Below, piece by piece: positions 1 through 7,479 of a DNA stretch of 44,731 nt (positions within the stretch are counted from its first letter, which is position 1; each line of letters starts with the position of its first letter). The notes below the pieces were generated by a model. That model made no database searches. It was given only the letters and a program-made list of their open reading frames with translations, and was not told the origin of the DNA. This DNA is from Aquificaceae bacterium (GTDB lineage Bacteria; Aquificota; Aquificia; Aquificales; Aquificaceae), in NCBI GenBank assembly GCA_037924335.1, contig JAXSMZ010000010.1:1-44731 (forward strand), in the 5' to 3' direction. A program made the position numbers and the translations under genes.

Positions 1-2
1 AT

Positions 3-30
3 AACATATCCATACAACCAAAAGTGTCAA
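3..30 (-). promoter_or_regulatory. candidate sigma70 promoter for a gene left of the window
   Basis: Minus strand TTGACA (30-25), 16-nt spacer, TATGTT (8-3). Confidence 0.45.
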
Positions 31-46
31 GGGGTCTTTATGTTTC

Positions 47-79
47 TAAACTTCTATATGCGTCTATAAACTTCTATAT
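47..79. repeat. 13-bp direct repeat TAAACTTCTATAT, two copies with 20-bp period
   Basis: Exact copies at 47-59 and 67-79. Confidence 0.8.
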
Positions 80-88
80 ATTCAGTGA

Positions 89-367
89 TTAGTTTCTAAT
101 ACCTTTCAAAACTTGCTTGACTGTACCTTTTTTGAAAAGAACCAAAGAAGGAAAGGAAAAGTCTCTGAGAGTATCTGGATTGTCATCCACGTTTATAAAA
201 AAGAACTCTATCCTACCATAGAAAACCCTTTCCAACTCAGGGGTTACCACATCCGTATCAAAGACTTCCTTAACTTTCTCCTTTCCCCTATCGGAGCGTA
301 CGTAGAGAACAAAGTCTCTTCTCTCCTCTTTAAGGGCCTCAAGCTCTTTTAAGTTTATCTTTTTCAT
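89..367 (-). CDS. thioredoxin-fold hydrogenase accessory protein (HyaE/HupG/HoxO-like), no CxxC
   Basis: Last gene of the hydrogenase operon, overlapping the protease gene. It has a thioredoxin-like FFFINVDDNP...FPSLVLFKKG pattern. Confidence 0.6.
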   Translation of the reverse strand: MKKINLKELEALKEERRDFVLYVRSDRGKEKVKEVFDTDVVTPELERVFYGRIEFFFINVDDNPDTLRDFSFPSLVLFKKGTVKQVLKGIRN

Positions 368-836
368 CCACCTTTATGCCCCACTCTTTGAGCTGTTTTA
401 AAACCTCATCCAAGAGCCTTTCTAAAACTTTCTTCACGGAGGGAGAAAGCTCCAAAGATACGTCCAAGCTCTCTGGCTCTACACCGATCACCACTACTTC
501 CTTTGGGACTTTGCCTATTAGCTCGGCCACGCCTAGAACTTCTTGAAGACCTATGTCATGAGCGGATAGCTTTTTCTCTCTAAAGTAGGCTTTCACTTGG
601 TCTCCTTTGAACTTGTAAAGGGAGCCTGGGGGATTTCCCCCAAGCAAAGCATCAACCACCAGCAACCTATCTGCGTTGTCCAGAAAATAAATGAGGTTTA
701 ATCCCAGCGTGCCACCGTCTATCACTTCCACATCGTCTGGAATTTCATACCTCTTTACAAGTTCCTCAACTACCCTAACGCCTACGCCTTCGTCCGATAG
801 TAGCACATTTCCCACACCAAGCACAAGGGTTTTCAT
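339..836 (-). CDS. hyaD: hydrogenase maturation endopeptidase (HyaD/HybD/HupD family)
   Basis: LVLGVGNVLLSDEGVG, DGGT, VVDA and SAHD motifs; operon context. Confidence 0.95.
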   Translation of the reverse strand: MKTLVLGVGNVLLSDEGVGVRVVEELVKRYEIPDDVEVIDGGTLGLNLIYFLDNADRLLVVDALLGGNPPGSLYKFKGDQVKAYFREKKLSAHDIGLQEVLGVAELIGKVPKEVVVIGVEPESLDVSLELSPSVKKVLERLLDEVLKQLKEWGIKVDEKDKLKRA

Positions 837-1534
837 CCTTCTATATCCTTTATATCAACTGGTTCTTTTTCGAAGACCTTATAGCCACTAAACATTGAGG
901 AAAGTTCTCCATTTTTCTTTACTGACTCTTCTCTTACAACAAGATAAACATGCAGAACAGCAAACACTATTATGATCCATGCTATCCAATGGTGCCACAT
1001 ATGCGCCATAAACTCACCACCAAGGGACCATATTACCCATCCGAAGAGCGATGACCAGAAACCTCCAGGCTTAGACATTCCATACATGGCAAAGCCCGTG
1101 ATTATCATAAATAGGAAGAGAAGGTAAACAAGGGGGTATACAGTTCTTGCGCATGCGTTCCTTATGTACTCGTTCCCCTCCTTGTCCCTCATGACAAGAG
1201 CATACTTTAGGGTTATCTCTCTCAGGCTATTCCAGTAATCTCTTTTCCAGAGTGCAGGGAGAACAACCCTATCTCTCTTGCTAAATATGGCTATTATGAC
1301 CCTGAAGAGGATAGCGGATAAAAAAACATAGCCAGCTATGAAATGTATTTTCCTGATGAAGTCCATGGTTATTCCCTTATCGTAGGCGTAGGTAGCTTCA
1401 TAGCTAGTGGGTCCCAGGAAGAAGGGATTTCCTATGTAAAGGCCTGTTATGAAAAGGGTTAGGATGGCAAAGAAGTTCACCCAATGCCAAAGTCTAAGCC
1501 CTGGGCTAAAAACATAAATCTTTTTGGCTTCCAT
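833..1534 (-). CDS. cybH: Ni/Fe-hydrogenase b-type cytochrome subunit
   Basis: RLWHW, IRKIHF, HMWHHW and LHVY heme-ligand His motifs; ELSSMFSGYK; four hydrophobic helices. Confidence 0.95.
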   Translation of the reverse strand: MEAKKIYVFSPGLRLWHWVNFFAILTLFITGLYIGNPFFLGPTSYEATYAYDKGITMDFIRKIHFIAGYVFLSAILFRVIIAIFSKRDRVVLPALWKRDYWNSLREITLKYALVMRDKEGNEYIRNACARTVYPLVYLLFLFMIITGFAMYGMSKPGGFWSSLFGWVIWSLGGEFMAHMWHHWIAWIIIVFAVLHVYLVVREESVKKNGELSSMFSGYKVFEKEPVDIKDIEG

Positions 1535-1548
1535 GGTTTATACCTCCT

Positions 1549-3450
1549 TTAGTAGCAAGCTTGAGCTCCCTGAACCTTTACTTCTACCACTTCTCTTCCT
1601 TCCGTATCGTAAACATGGGTAGAGCATGCAAGGCATGGGTCAAAGGAGTGTATACCTCTTAAAGCTTCAAGGGGTTTGTCGATGACTTTAACAGGACTAT
1701 CTTTCATGCACTCCTCAAAGGCTCCCTGTCCACCCATCGGGTCTCTTGCGCCACCGTTCCATGTTGTCGGAACCACACACTGATAGTTGGCTATCTTACC
1801 ATCCCTAATTATAACCCAGTGTCCTAAGGCTCCCCTTGGTGCATCTGTAATTCCCACACCTTTTGCTTCCTTAGGCCACGTTGATGGGTCCCATTTTTCC
1901 ATGTTGGCAACGGACGTATCTCCTGCCTTTATGTTGTCGTAGAGTTTTTTCAAAAAGTAGAGGTTTGCGGAGGCACCTAGTTGTGCTTCGAGCCCTCTTG
2001 CTGCTGTTCTGCCTACAGTTGTAGGAAGCCATACATGGGGTGGTAGACCGAGTACGTTGGAAACCAGGTCCACTTGTTTTACTACCATCTCATCCATCCA
2101 AGATGGCTTTATGTGCCCCTGTTTTACGGCAGTATAAGCTACTATGTACCTTGCCAAAGGTCCCACCTCGCATGGCTTTCCTCTCCATCTTGGAGACTTT
2201 ATCCATGAGTACTTACCGTTCTCATCGAGGTATTTCCAATGAGTTTTTGTCCCCTCTTTTGGTCCTGTGTAATTAGGCTCTGTTATACCATCCCACGGAT
2301 GAAGACCTTTGGTCTCGTCAGGATACTTGTACCAGGAGTGAGCTACATACTCCTGTATAACGTTTGGGTCTGCAAAGTCCTTACCAACGAGGGGGTAGTA
2401 CTTAGCCTTTTCCAAACCTTCTGCAAAATTTTCTACAACACCGTTGCAATGATAGAGTATCTTATTGTGATAGTCTCCAGTCTTTATCCCCTTGTAAGGC
2501 TCATCGGGAAACTCTCCATAACCAATGACTCTTTTCTTTGCAAGACCTCCACCGTAAACCTGTCCCTTCTGAACGTATATATGTCCTATAGCTAAAAGGT
2601 CTACAAGGTAGAAGAGGTTAACCGCCTCATCCTGAGTGTATATGGCATCCTCAACAACTGCAAGCCTTTCCGCATTTATTGGAGCGTTCATATCGTTAAG
2701 AGATATGGAGCATGTCATACCTCCTACCAGGTAATGGGGGTGTGGGTTCTTACCGCCAAAGACCACCTGAGGTATGAACAGTTCTCTTTGAACATCCAGC
2801 ATGTTAAGGTAATGGGCTACAGCCATAAGATGAACCTCTGGGGGTAGTAACTTGTAGTCAGGATGATCCCACCAGTGAGCTGCAAATATGCCAAGCTGCC
2901 CGCTCTCCACTATCTTCTTTATCTTCTCCTGAAAAGCCCTAAAGTAGCCCGGTGTTGCCTTTGGGAACTTCTTTGGATAAGCTCTGCGACCTAACGGGTC
3001 TGGCATAAGCTCTGCTATTGCACCGTACTTTTCAAGGAGTTGATTCTGAAGGGCTGCTGTTTGAACGGGGTCAGCCTTTAAAGCTTCTACAGGGGATACC
3101 CAATCAAGGGCATGAAGGTGGTAGAAGTGTACAAGGTGGTCATGGACCTGAAGAGAGCCGTACATAATGTTCCTTATGTAGTTGGCATTCTTTGGTATCT
3201 GTATTTCTAGGGCGTCCTCAATGCATTTCACAGACACGTGAGCATGGATGGATGTACAAACACCACATATCCTTTGAGCAAAGGCCCATGCATCCCTTGG
3301 GTCTCTTCCTCTCAGTATAAGCTCAATACCTCTCCACATGGTACCGGAGGATAAAGCATCCTGAACTTTACCAGTCTTTTCATCCACTATGATCTCAACC
3401 CTTAAGTGTCCCTCTATCCTTGTTACTGGGTCAACTACAACTCTTGCCAT
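1549..3450 (-). CDS. hyaB: [NiFe]-hydrogenase group 1d large subunit
   Basis: DPVTRIEGH, L1 RICGVC, and L2 DPCLACSTH followed by a cleavable C-terminal tail. Start moved to ATG 3450 because GGAGG lies just upstream. Confidence 0.97.
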   Translation of the reverse strand: MARVVVDPVTRIEGHLRVEIIVDEKTGKVQDALSSGTMWRGIELILRGRDPRDAWAFAQRICGVCTSIHAHVSVKCIEDALEIQIPKNANYIRNIMYGSLQVHDHLVHFYHLHALDWVSPVEALKADPVQTAALQNQLLEKYGAIAELMPDPLGRRAYPKKFPKATPGYFRAFQEKIKKIVESGQLGIFAAHWWDHPDYKLLPPEVHLMAVAHYLNMLDVQRELFIPQVVFGGKNPHPHYLVGGMTCSISLNDMNAPINAERLAVVEDAIYTQDEAVNLFYLVDLLAIGHIYVQKGQVYGGGLAKKRVIGYGEFPDEPYKGIKTGDYHNKILYHCNGVVENFAEGLEKAKYYPLVGKDFADPNVIQEYVAHSWYKYPDETKGLHPWDGITEPNYTGPKEGTKTHWKYLDENGKYSWIKSPRWRGKPCEVGPLARYIVAYTAVKQGHIKPSWMDEMVVKQVDLVSNVLGLPPHVWLPTTVGRTAARGLEAQLGASANLYFLKKLYDNIKAGDTSVANMEKWDPSTWPKEAKGVGITDAPRGALGHWVIIRDGKIANYQCVVPTTWNGGARDPMGGQGAFEECMKDSPVKVIDKPLEALRGIHSFDPCLACSTHVYDTEGREVVEVKVQGAQACY

Positions 3451-3463
3451 GTTTATCACCTCC

Positions 3464-4510
3464 TTACTTGTTTCTTATCTTGGATAAGACACCGTGCGCA
3501 ACTGCACCCGCAGCAGCAGCCGCAGCAACAACAACACCCACTTTATCTGGGCTTGCCTCCACGTTCGGAAGGGGTATGGTTGTAAGCCTTTGATAGAAGG
3601 GACTTTTGTCCCAAAAGTCTTCTTCTGCACATCCTATGCAGCCATGACCAGCCTGTATGGGATAGGATAGGCCGTTGTACCAGCGTATGTTTCCGCAGGA
3701 GTTGTAAGTTGTTGGACCTCTACACCCCATTTTATAAAGACACCAGCCCTTTTTGGCTCCGTCGTCATCAAAGCTTTCCACAAACTGACCTGCGTTGAAG
3801 AAGGCTCTTCTGTAACATGTGTCGTGAATTCTGTTTCCATAAAACTGCTTTGGCCTTCCCTGAGAGTCTAAGGGTGGTATGCTGTCAAAGAGAACAAGGT
3901 GCATGATAACACCAGTCATAACCTCAGCTATTGGGGGGCATCCTGGAACCTTTATTATGGGCTTATCGGTTATAACTTTGTGAATGGGAACTGCAGTGGT
4001 TGGGTTGGGTTTTGCGGCCTGCACGCATCCCCAGCTTGCACAGGAACCCCAAGCTATGACTGCCTTAGCTCCCTTTGCCGATTCTTTAAGATTCTCCAAG
4101 AATGCCTTTCCTCCCACTATGCAGTACATTCCATCTTCACCTAATGGGGGATTCCCCTCAACTGCGAGGATGTAATTTCCCCAGTACTTTTTGATGATAT
4201 CTTCCCTGTGCTTTTCGAGGGCTTCGCCAGCTGCAGCAGAGAGCGTATCATCGTATTCAAGAGATATCATAGAGAGAACCACATCAGAAGCGAGAGGAGT
4301 TGCAGACCTTATGAAAGATTCGGAACAGCATGTACACTCAAGCCCATGAATCCATAGGACTGGTACTCTTGGCTTCGTTTCCAAAGCCCTCACCACTTCA
4401 GGTATCATGGAAGGCGAAAGTCCCATGATACCAGCTATGGTTGAGCCAAACTTGAGAAAATCCCTCCTGCTTACACCGTGCCTTTTAAAGGTTTCCCAAA
4501 AAGTCTCCAT
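3464..4510 (-). CDS. hyaA: [NiFe]-hydrogenase group 1d small subunit with Tat signal and C-terminal membrane anchor
   Basis: SRRDFLK Tat motif, [31 protein letters not shown] and a hydrophobic C-terminal anchor ending in His. Start at ATG 4510 after AGGAGG. Confidence 0.97.
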   Translation of the reverse strand: METFWETFKRHGVSRRDFLKFGSTIAGIMGLSPSMIPEVVRALETKPRVPVLWIHGLECTCCSESFIRSATPLASDVVLSMISLEYDDTLSAAAGEALEKHREDIIKKYWGNYILAVEGNPPLGEDGMYCIVGGKAFLENLKESAKGAKAVIAWGSCASWGCVQAAKPNPTTAVPIHKVITDKPIIKVPGCPPIAEVMTGVIMHLVLFDSIPPLDSQGRPKQFYGNRIHDTCYRRAFFNAGQFVESFDDDGAKKGWCLYKMGCRGPTTYNSCGNIRWYNGLSYPIQAGHGCIGCAEEDFWDKSPFYQRLTTIPLPNVEASPDKVGVVVAAAAAAGAVAHGVLSKIRNK

Positions 4511-4539
4511 AGGCGACCTCCTTGATTGAATATTCATTT

Positions 4540-4570
4540 ATTATATTATTGCAGCAACCTCCTTTGTCAA
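4540..4570 (-). promoter_or_regulatory. sigma70 promoter of the hydrogenase operon
   Basis: TTGACA (4570-4565), 16 nt, TAATAT (4548-4543). An alternative TATAAT lies at 4545-4540. Confidence 0.6.
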
Positions 4571-4590
4571 GCAAAAATTTTTATATATAT

Positions 4591-4607
4591 TATAAGTATC
4601 TCTTATA
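4591..4607. promoter_or_regulatory. palindrome TATAAG-N5-CTTATA, LysR-type T-N11-A operator candidate
   Basis: Perfect 6-bp inverted repeat centred about 63 nt upstream of the predicted start site. Confidence 0.5.
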
Positions 4608-4621
4608 TTTATAGAGTTCTT

Positions 4622-5041
4622 TCATCTTACAACCAAGACAGAACAGTGTGCTCCGTCCACAACCTTATCGGCAGTAGCTCCAAGGATGCGCCTTGCCAGT
4701 GGATGATGCTTTCTCGTACCAAGAACTATAAGGTCTGCCCCTATCTCATCAGCAACTTCTACTATAGCATCTCCGGGTTTACCGTATCTTATCATCGTCT
4801 TCACTTCTACATTCTCCTCCTTTGCTCTCTTTAAAACATCCTTCATGATCCCAGAGTAGTATCTCTGCGCTTGATCCTTAGCCTCCTCTATCTCGGAAAT
4901 GCTACCCGCATACTCGGGAATCCTCCCTACTGATAGAACAAAGAGCTCAGCCCCACATTGACTGGCAAGCTCCAAAGCTTTTTCCAAAGCGAGCTTTGCA
5001 CCCTCAGAGCCATCGTAAGCGAGAAGTATCTTACTAAACAT
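4622..5041 (-). CDS. universal stress protein (UspA family)
   Basis: KILLAYDGS, G.P...I, ADLIVLG and LGATADKVV..AHCSVLVVR motifs; overlaps the antiporter stop by 8 nt. Confidence 0.95.
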   Translation of the reverse strand: MFSKILLAYDGSEGAKLALEKALELASQCGAELFVLSVGRIPEYAGSISEIEEAKDQAQRYYSGIMKDVLKRAKEENVEVKTMIRYGKPGDAIVEVADEIGADLIVLGTRKHHPLARRILGATADKVVDGAHCSVLVVR

Positions 5042-6194
5042 TACTTTTTACCTCCTTTCTTCTTTCCGAACTTGCATCCTCAAACCTTGGAAAGAAAAAC
5101 TTCTGAGCTATCAAAGTTGGTATTACAGCAGATAGCAGAACAACAAATTCCAGCAGGGAGTACTGCTCCTTGTTTATAACCCCATGGTCTAAACCGTAAA
5201 GTGCTGCCACAGTGTCAAAGGTGAGTCCGGTGCTCATCATCATAGCTAGAAACAAGTTTAGCCTTTTTGGAAGCTTTAGAAAAACACCAATGGGATACAA
5301 ACCTATCAACTTCAAGGAGAACCTCACAAAGAAAAAAAGCAAAAGGAGTCCAAGGCTTGTCAGTACCGTTTTGACATCAACCAAACTTCCAGCTTTAAGA
5401 AAGTAGAAAGGAGTTAGCAACGCAATAGCAGACATCCTCATCCTCTTTGCAAGCTCTCTGTTTTCTGCAAAAAGATTTGCTAGACTCACACCCACAAGGT
5501 ATGCAGGAAATACTGCAACGCTACCAGCTTGGCTTGCTAAAAAGCCCAAGAAAGCAAGGAACAAAAGCACATATTTGACTTCAGGCTCACTGGGATGGTT
5601 GTTTACATACCCAAAGTACCTTTTTGTTAAAGGGGGTAGGGTAAAAAGCAAAAATAAAGTTACAGAAAGGAATATCCAGAAATTCCTATCAACTTTGATA
5701 AACAGAAAGGTGAGCACAAGTAAAGTTCCAAGCCCGTTTACGAAGGAAGCTGCCAGAAGAAGCCTCCCCACGGGTTTTTCATTTAAATTGGCTTCCATAA
5801 GCACAGCGTAAACTATCGCTATGGAGATGGACGAAAGAATAGTCCCGGCTAAAAGGGATTGCCTTACATCCCAACCTAAGAGAAAGTAAGCCAAAAGCCC
5901 AGTTCCTAAAAAGGGTGGGAAAAAACCCATAAATCCAATAATAAAGGAGTCTTTCCAAAAACTTTTTATGGCACTGCTTTCGAGCTCGGCACCTGCAAGG
6001 AAGGTGATAACAACTGCACCAAAGTTGGCAAGAAGATTTACCCAGTCAGTTATGGGCAGATAGAAAAAGTTTCCAGCAATCATGCCAACGATCAGTTCGG
6101 CAAGAACAGCAGATATACCAAGCCTCAGAGAGACAATGCTCGATATCAGGGCAAGGCTAAACCATACAGACAGATCCCACCAAAGCTCACTCAT
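5034..6194 (-). CDS. cation:proton antiporter (CPA2 / Na_H_Exchanger family)
   Basis: About 12-13 hydrophobic segments; FLAGAE, PFYFLKAG and MSTGLTF motifs; AGGAGG RBS. Confidence 0.88.
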   Translation of the reverse strand: MSELWWDLSVWFSLALISSIVSLRLGISAVLAELIVGMIAGNFFYLPITDWVNLLANFGAVVITFLAGAELESSAIKSFWKDSFIIGFMGFFPPFLGTGLLAYFLLGWDVRQSLLAGTILSSISIAIVYAVLMEANLNEKPVGRLLLAASFVNGLGTLLVLTFLFIKVDRNFWIFLSVTLFLLFTLPPLTKRYFGYVNNHPSEPEVKYVLLFLAFLGFLASQAGSVAVFPAYLVGVSLANLFAENRELAKRMRMSAIALLTPFYFLKAGSLVDVKTVLTSLGLLLLFFFVRFSLKLIGLYPIGVFLKLPKRLNLFLAMMMSTGLTFDTVAALYGLDHGVINKEQYSLLEFVVLLSAVIPTLIAQKFFFPRFEDASSERRKEVKSNV

Positions 6195-6217
6195 GCCATA
6201 CCTCCTTCTAAGCCTTG

Positions 6218-6265
6218 GTAGGTGTCATCAGCCTTGTGGCGGTTAAAGGGGGACACCATCCCCTC
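6218..6265 (-). ncRNA. fluoride riboswitch (crcB motif)
   Basis: The minus strand reads GAGGGGAUGGUGUCCCCCUUUAACCGCCACAAGGCUGAUGACACCUAC. It shows P1 GAGGGG/CCCCUU, conserved GAUGG, AACCGC, hairpin GCC-ACAA-GGC, UGAUG, pseudoknot GGUGU/ACACC and terminal CUAC. Confidence 0.95.
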
Positions 6266-6274
6266 AAAGTACCT

Positions 6275-6280
6275 ATTATA
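6275..6280 (-). promoter_or_regulatory. -10 element for the riboswitch-antiporter transcript
   Basis: Perfect TATAAT ending 10 nt before the aptamer; no convincing -35. Confidence 0.6.
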
Positions 6281-6281
6281 C

Positions 6282-6310
6282 TTGAAATTTCAAACTTTTT
6301 GTAAGATAAT
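6282..6310 (+). promoter_or_regulatory. candidate promoter for NIL-thiL
   Basis: TTGAAA (6282-6287), 17 nt, GATAAT (6305-6310). The palindrome TTGAAATTTCAA occupies 6282-6293. Confidence 0.45.
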
Positions 6311-6316
6311 AACTCC

Positions 6317-6559
6317 ATGAACCTAATAAGACTTCAGCTCATATACCCGGAGGAGAAGGTAAAGGAACCCATCCTGTGTATGGTATGCAAGAACTTTGAA
6401 GTTGTTGTAAACATAAGGACAGCCAAGGTTAGCAAAGATACTGGTATACTTACCGTTGAGCTAGATGGGGAGGCGGAGGAGATAGAAAGGGCTGTGAAGT
6501 TTATTGAAGATCAAGGCATAACAGTACAACCCATAGAGGGGCAGATCTTCACAGAATGA
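6317..6559 (+). CDS. stand-alone NIL-domain protein
   Basis: LIYP...KEPIL...F.V.VNIR.A.V....GIL.VELDG....IERAV.F....GI.V pattern of NIL (ACT-like) domains. Confidence 0.85.
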   Translation: MNLIRLQLIYPEEKVKEPILCMVCKNFEVVVNIRTAKVSKDTGILTVELDGEAEEIERAVKFIEDQGITVQPIEGQIFTE

Positions 6560-7479
6560 AGGTTTCAAAGATAGGTGAGTTTGGGCTCATTGAAGTTCTA
6601 AAGAAGATACTCTCTTCACCCCTTATAGGGGATGATACGGCACCCTTTGAAGTAAACGGAAAGACTTTTCTGCTTACAGTGGATACCATGCTTGAAGATA
6701 GGCACTTTAAAAGAAACTATGCTCCATCTTCTATAGGTTGGAAGGCTGTGAGCATAAACGTCAGTGATATAGTTGCCAGCGGTGGGGAACCTCTATGCCT
6801 TTTAATATCCCTTATGCTTCCAGACATAGAAGTTTCTTACGTTGAAGAGGTCTATACTGGGATAAAAATGGCTTGTGATTTTTATAAATGTGAGGCCATA
6901 GGCGGGAATTTAACAAAGTCAGAAAAGGTCTGTATAGACGTTTTTATGGTCGGTAAAACGGAGAGGTTTGTTTCACGCAGCGGTGCTAAGGTGGGTGATG
7001 GTCTTTACGTATCTGGCACTTTGGGAGATTCAAAAGCAGGTCTTGAACTTCTTCTCATGGAGAGAAAAAGCTACGAGGACTTTGAGCTAAAGCTCATAGA
7101 AAGACACACAAGGCCTACAGCCAGGATAGATTATACAAAGCACATATCCAAGTACGCAAATGCGTGCATAGACATAAGCGATGGACTCTCTTCAGATGCA
7201 TGGCACTTATCCAAAAGGAGCTGTGTAAAGCTTTCTCTAAGAAAGGATAGAGTACCGTTTTCAAAAGAACTTGCCCTCTTCTGTAAAAAGCATGGAAAAG
7301 ACCCGCTCTCTTATGCCCTTCATGGGGGTGAAGACTACCAACTTCTCTTTACTCATCAAGAGAGTAAGTATAACCCCTTTCTGGACATGAGCCTGATAGG
7401 AGGGGTAGAAGAAGGAGAAGGTGTCTACATAGATGGAGAAGAGCTGGCTCCTTTAGGGTTTGATCACTTTTCCAATTAA
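6556..7479 (+). CDS. thiL: thiamine-monophosphate kinase
   Basis: GEFGLI, IGDDTA, NVSDI, GGNL, DISDGL and GGEDYQLLF motifs. Confidence 0.96.
   Translation: MKVSKIGEFGLIEVLKKILSSPLIGDDTAPFEVNGKTFLLTVDTMLEDRHFKRNYAPSSIGWKAVSINVSDIVASGGEPLCLLISLMLPDIEVSYVEEVYTGIKMACDFYKCEAIGGNLTKSEKVCIDVFMVGKTERFVSRSGAKVGDGLYVSGTLGDSKAGLELLLMERKSYEDFELKLIERHTRPTARIDYTKHISKYANACIDISDGLSSDAWHLSKRSCVKLSLRKDRVPFSKELALFCKKHGKDPLSYALHGGEDYQLLFTHQESKYNPFLDMSLIGGVEEGEGVYIDGEELAPLGFDHFSN

Noticed and set aside
47..79. Possible CRISPR remnant
   Set aside because: Only two 13-bp units with a 7-bp spacer, and no cas genes.
1620..1645. Selenocysteine ([NiFeSe]) hydrogenase
   Set aside because: The L2 motif is DPCLAC with Cys codons and no in-frame TGA.
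3505..3540. GCA/ACA trinucleotide run as a phase-variable repeat
   Set aside because: It encodes the Val/Ala membrane anchor of the small subunit; the run is short, imperfect and in frame.
4550..4572. Sigma54 promoter for the hydrogenase
   Set aside because: TTGC is present but there is no GG at the -24 spacing; TTGACA fits sigma70 better.
4526..4834. 102-aa plus-strand ORF
   Set aside because: It spans the hydrogenase promoter and the antisense strand of USP, and has atypical composition.
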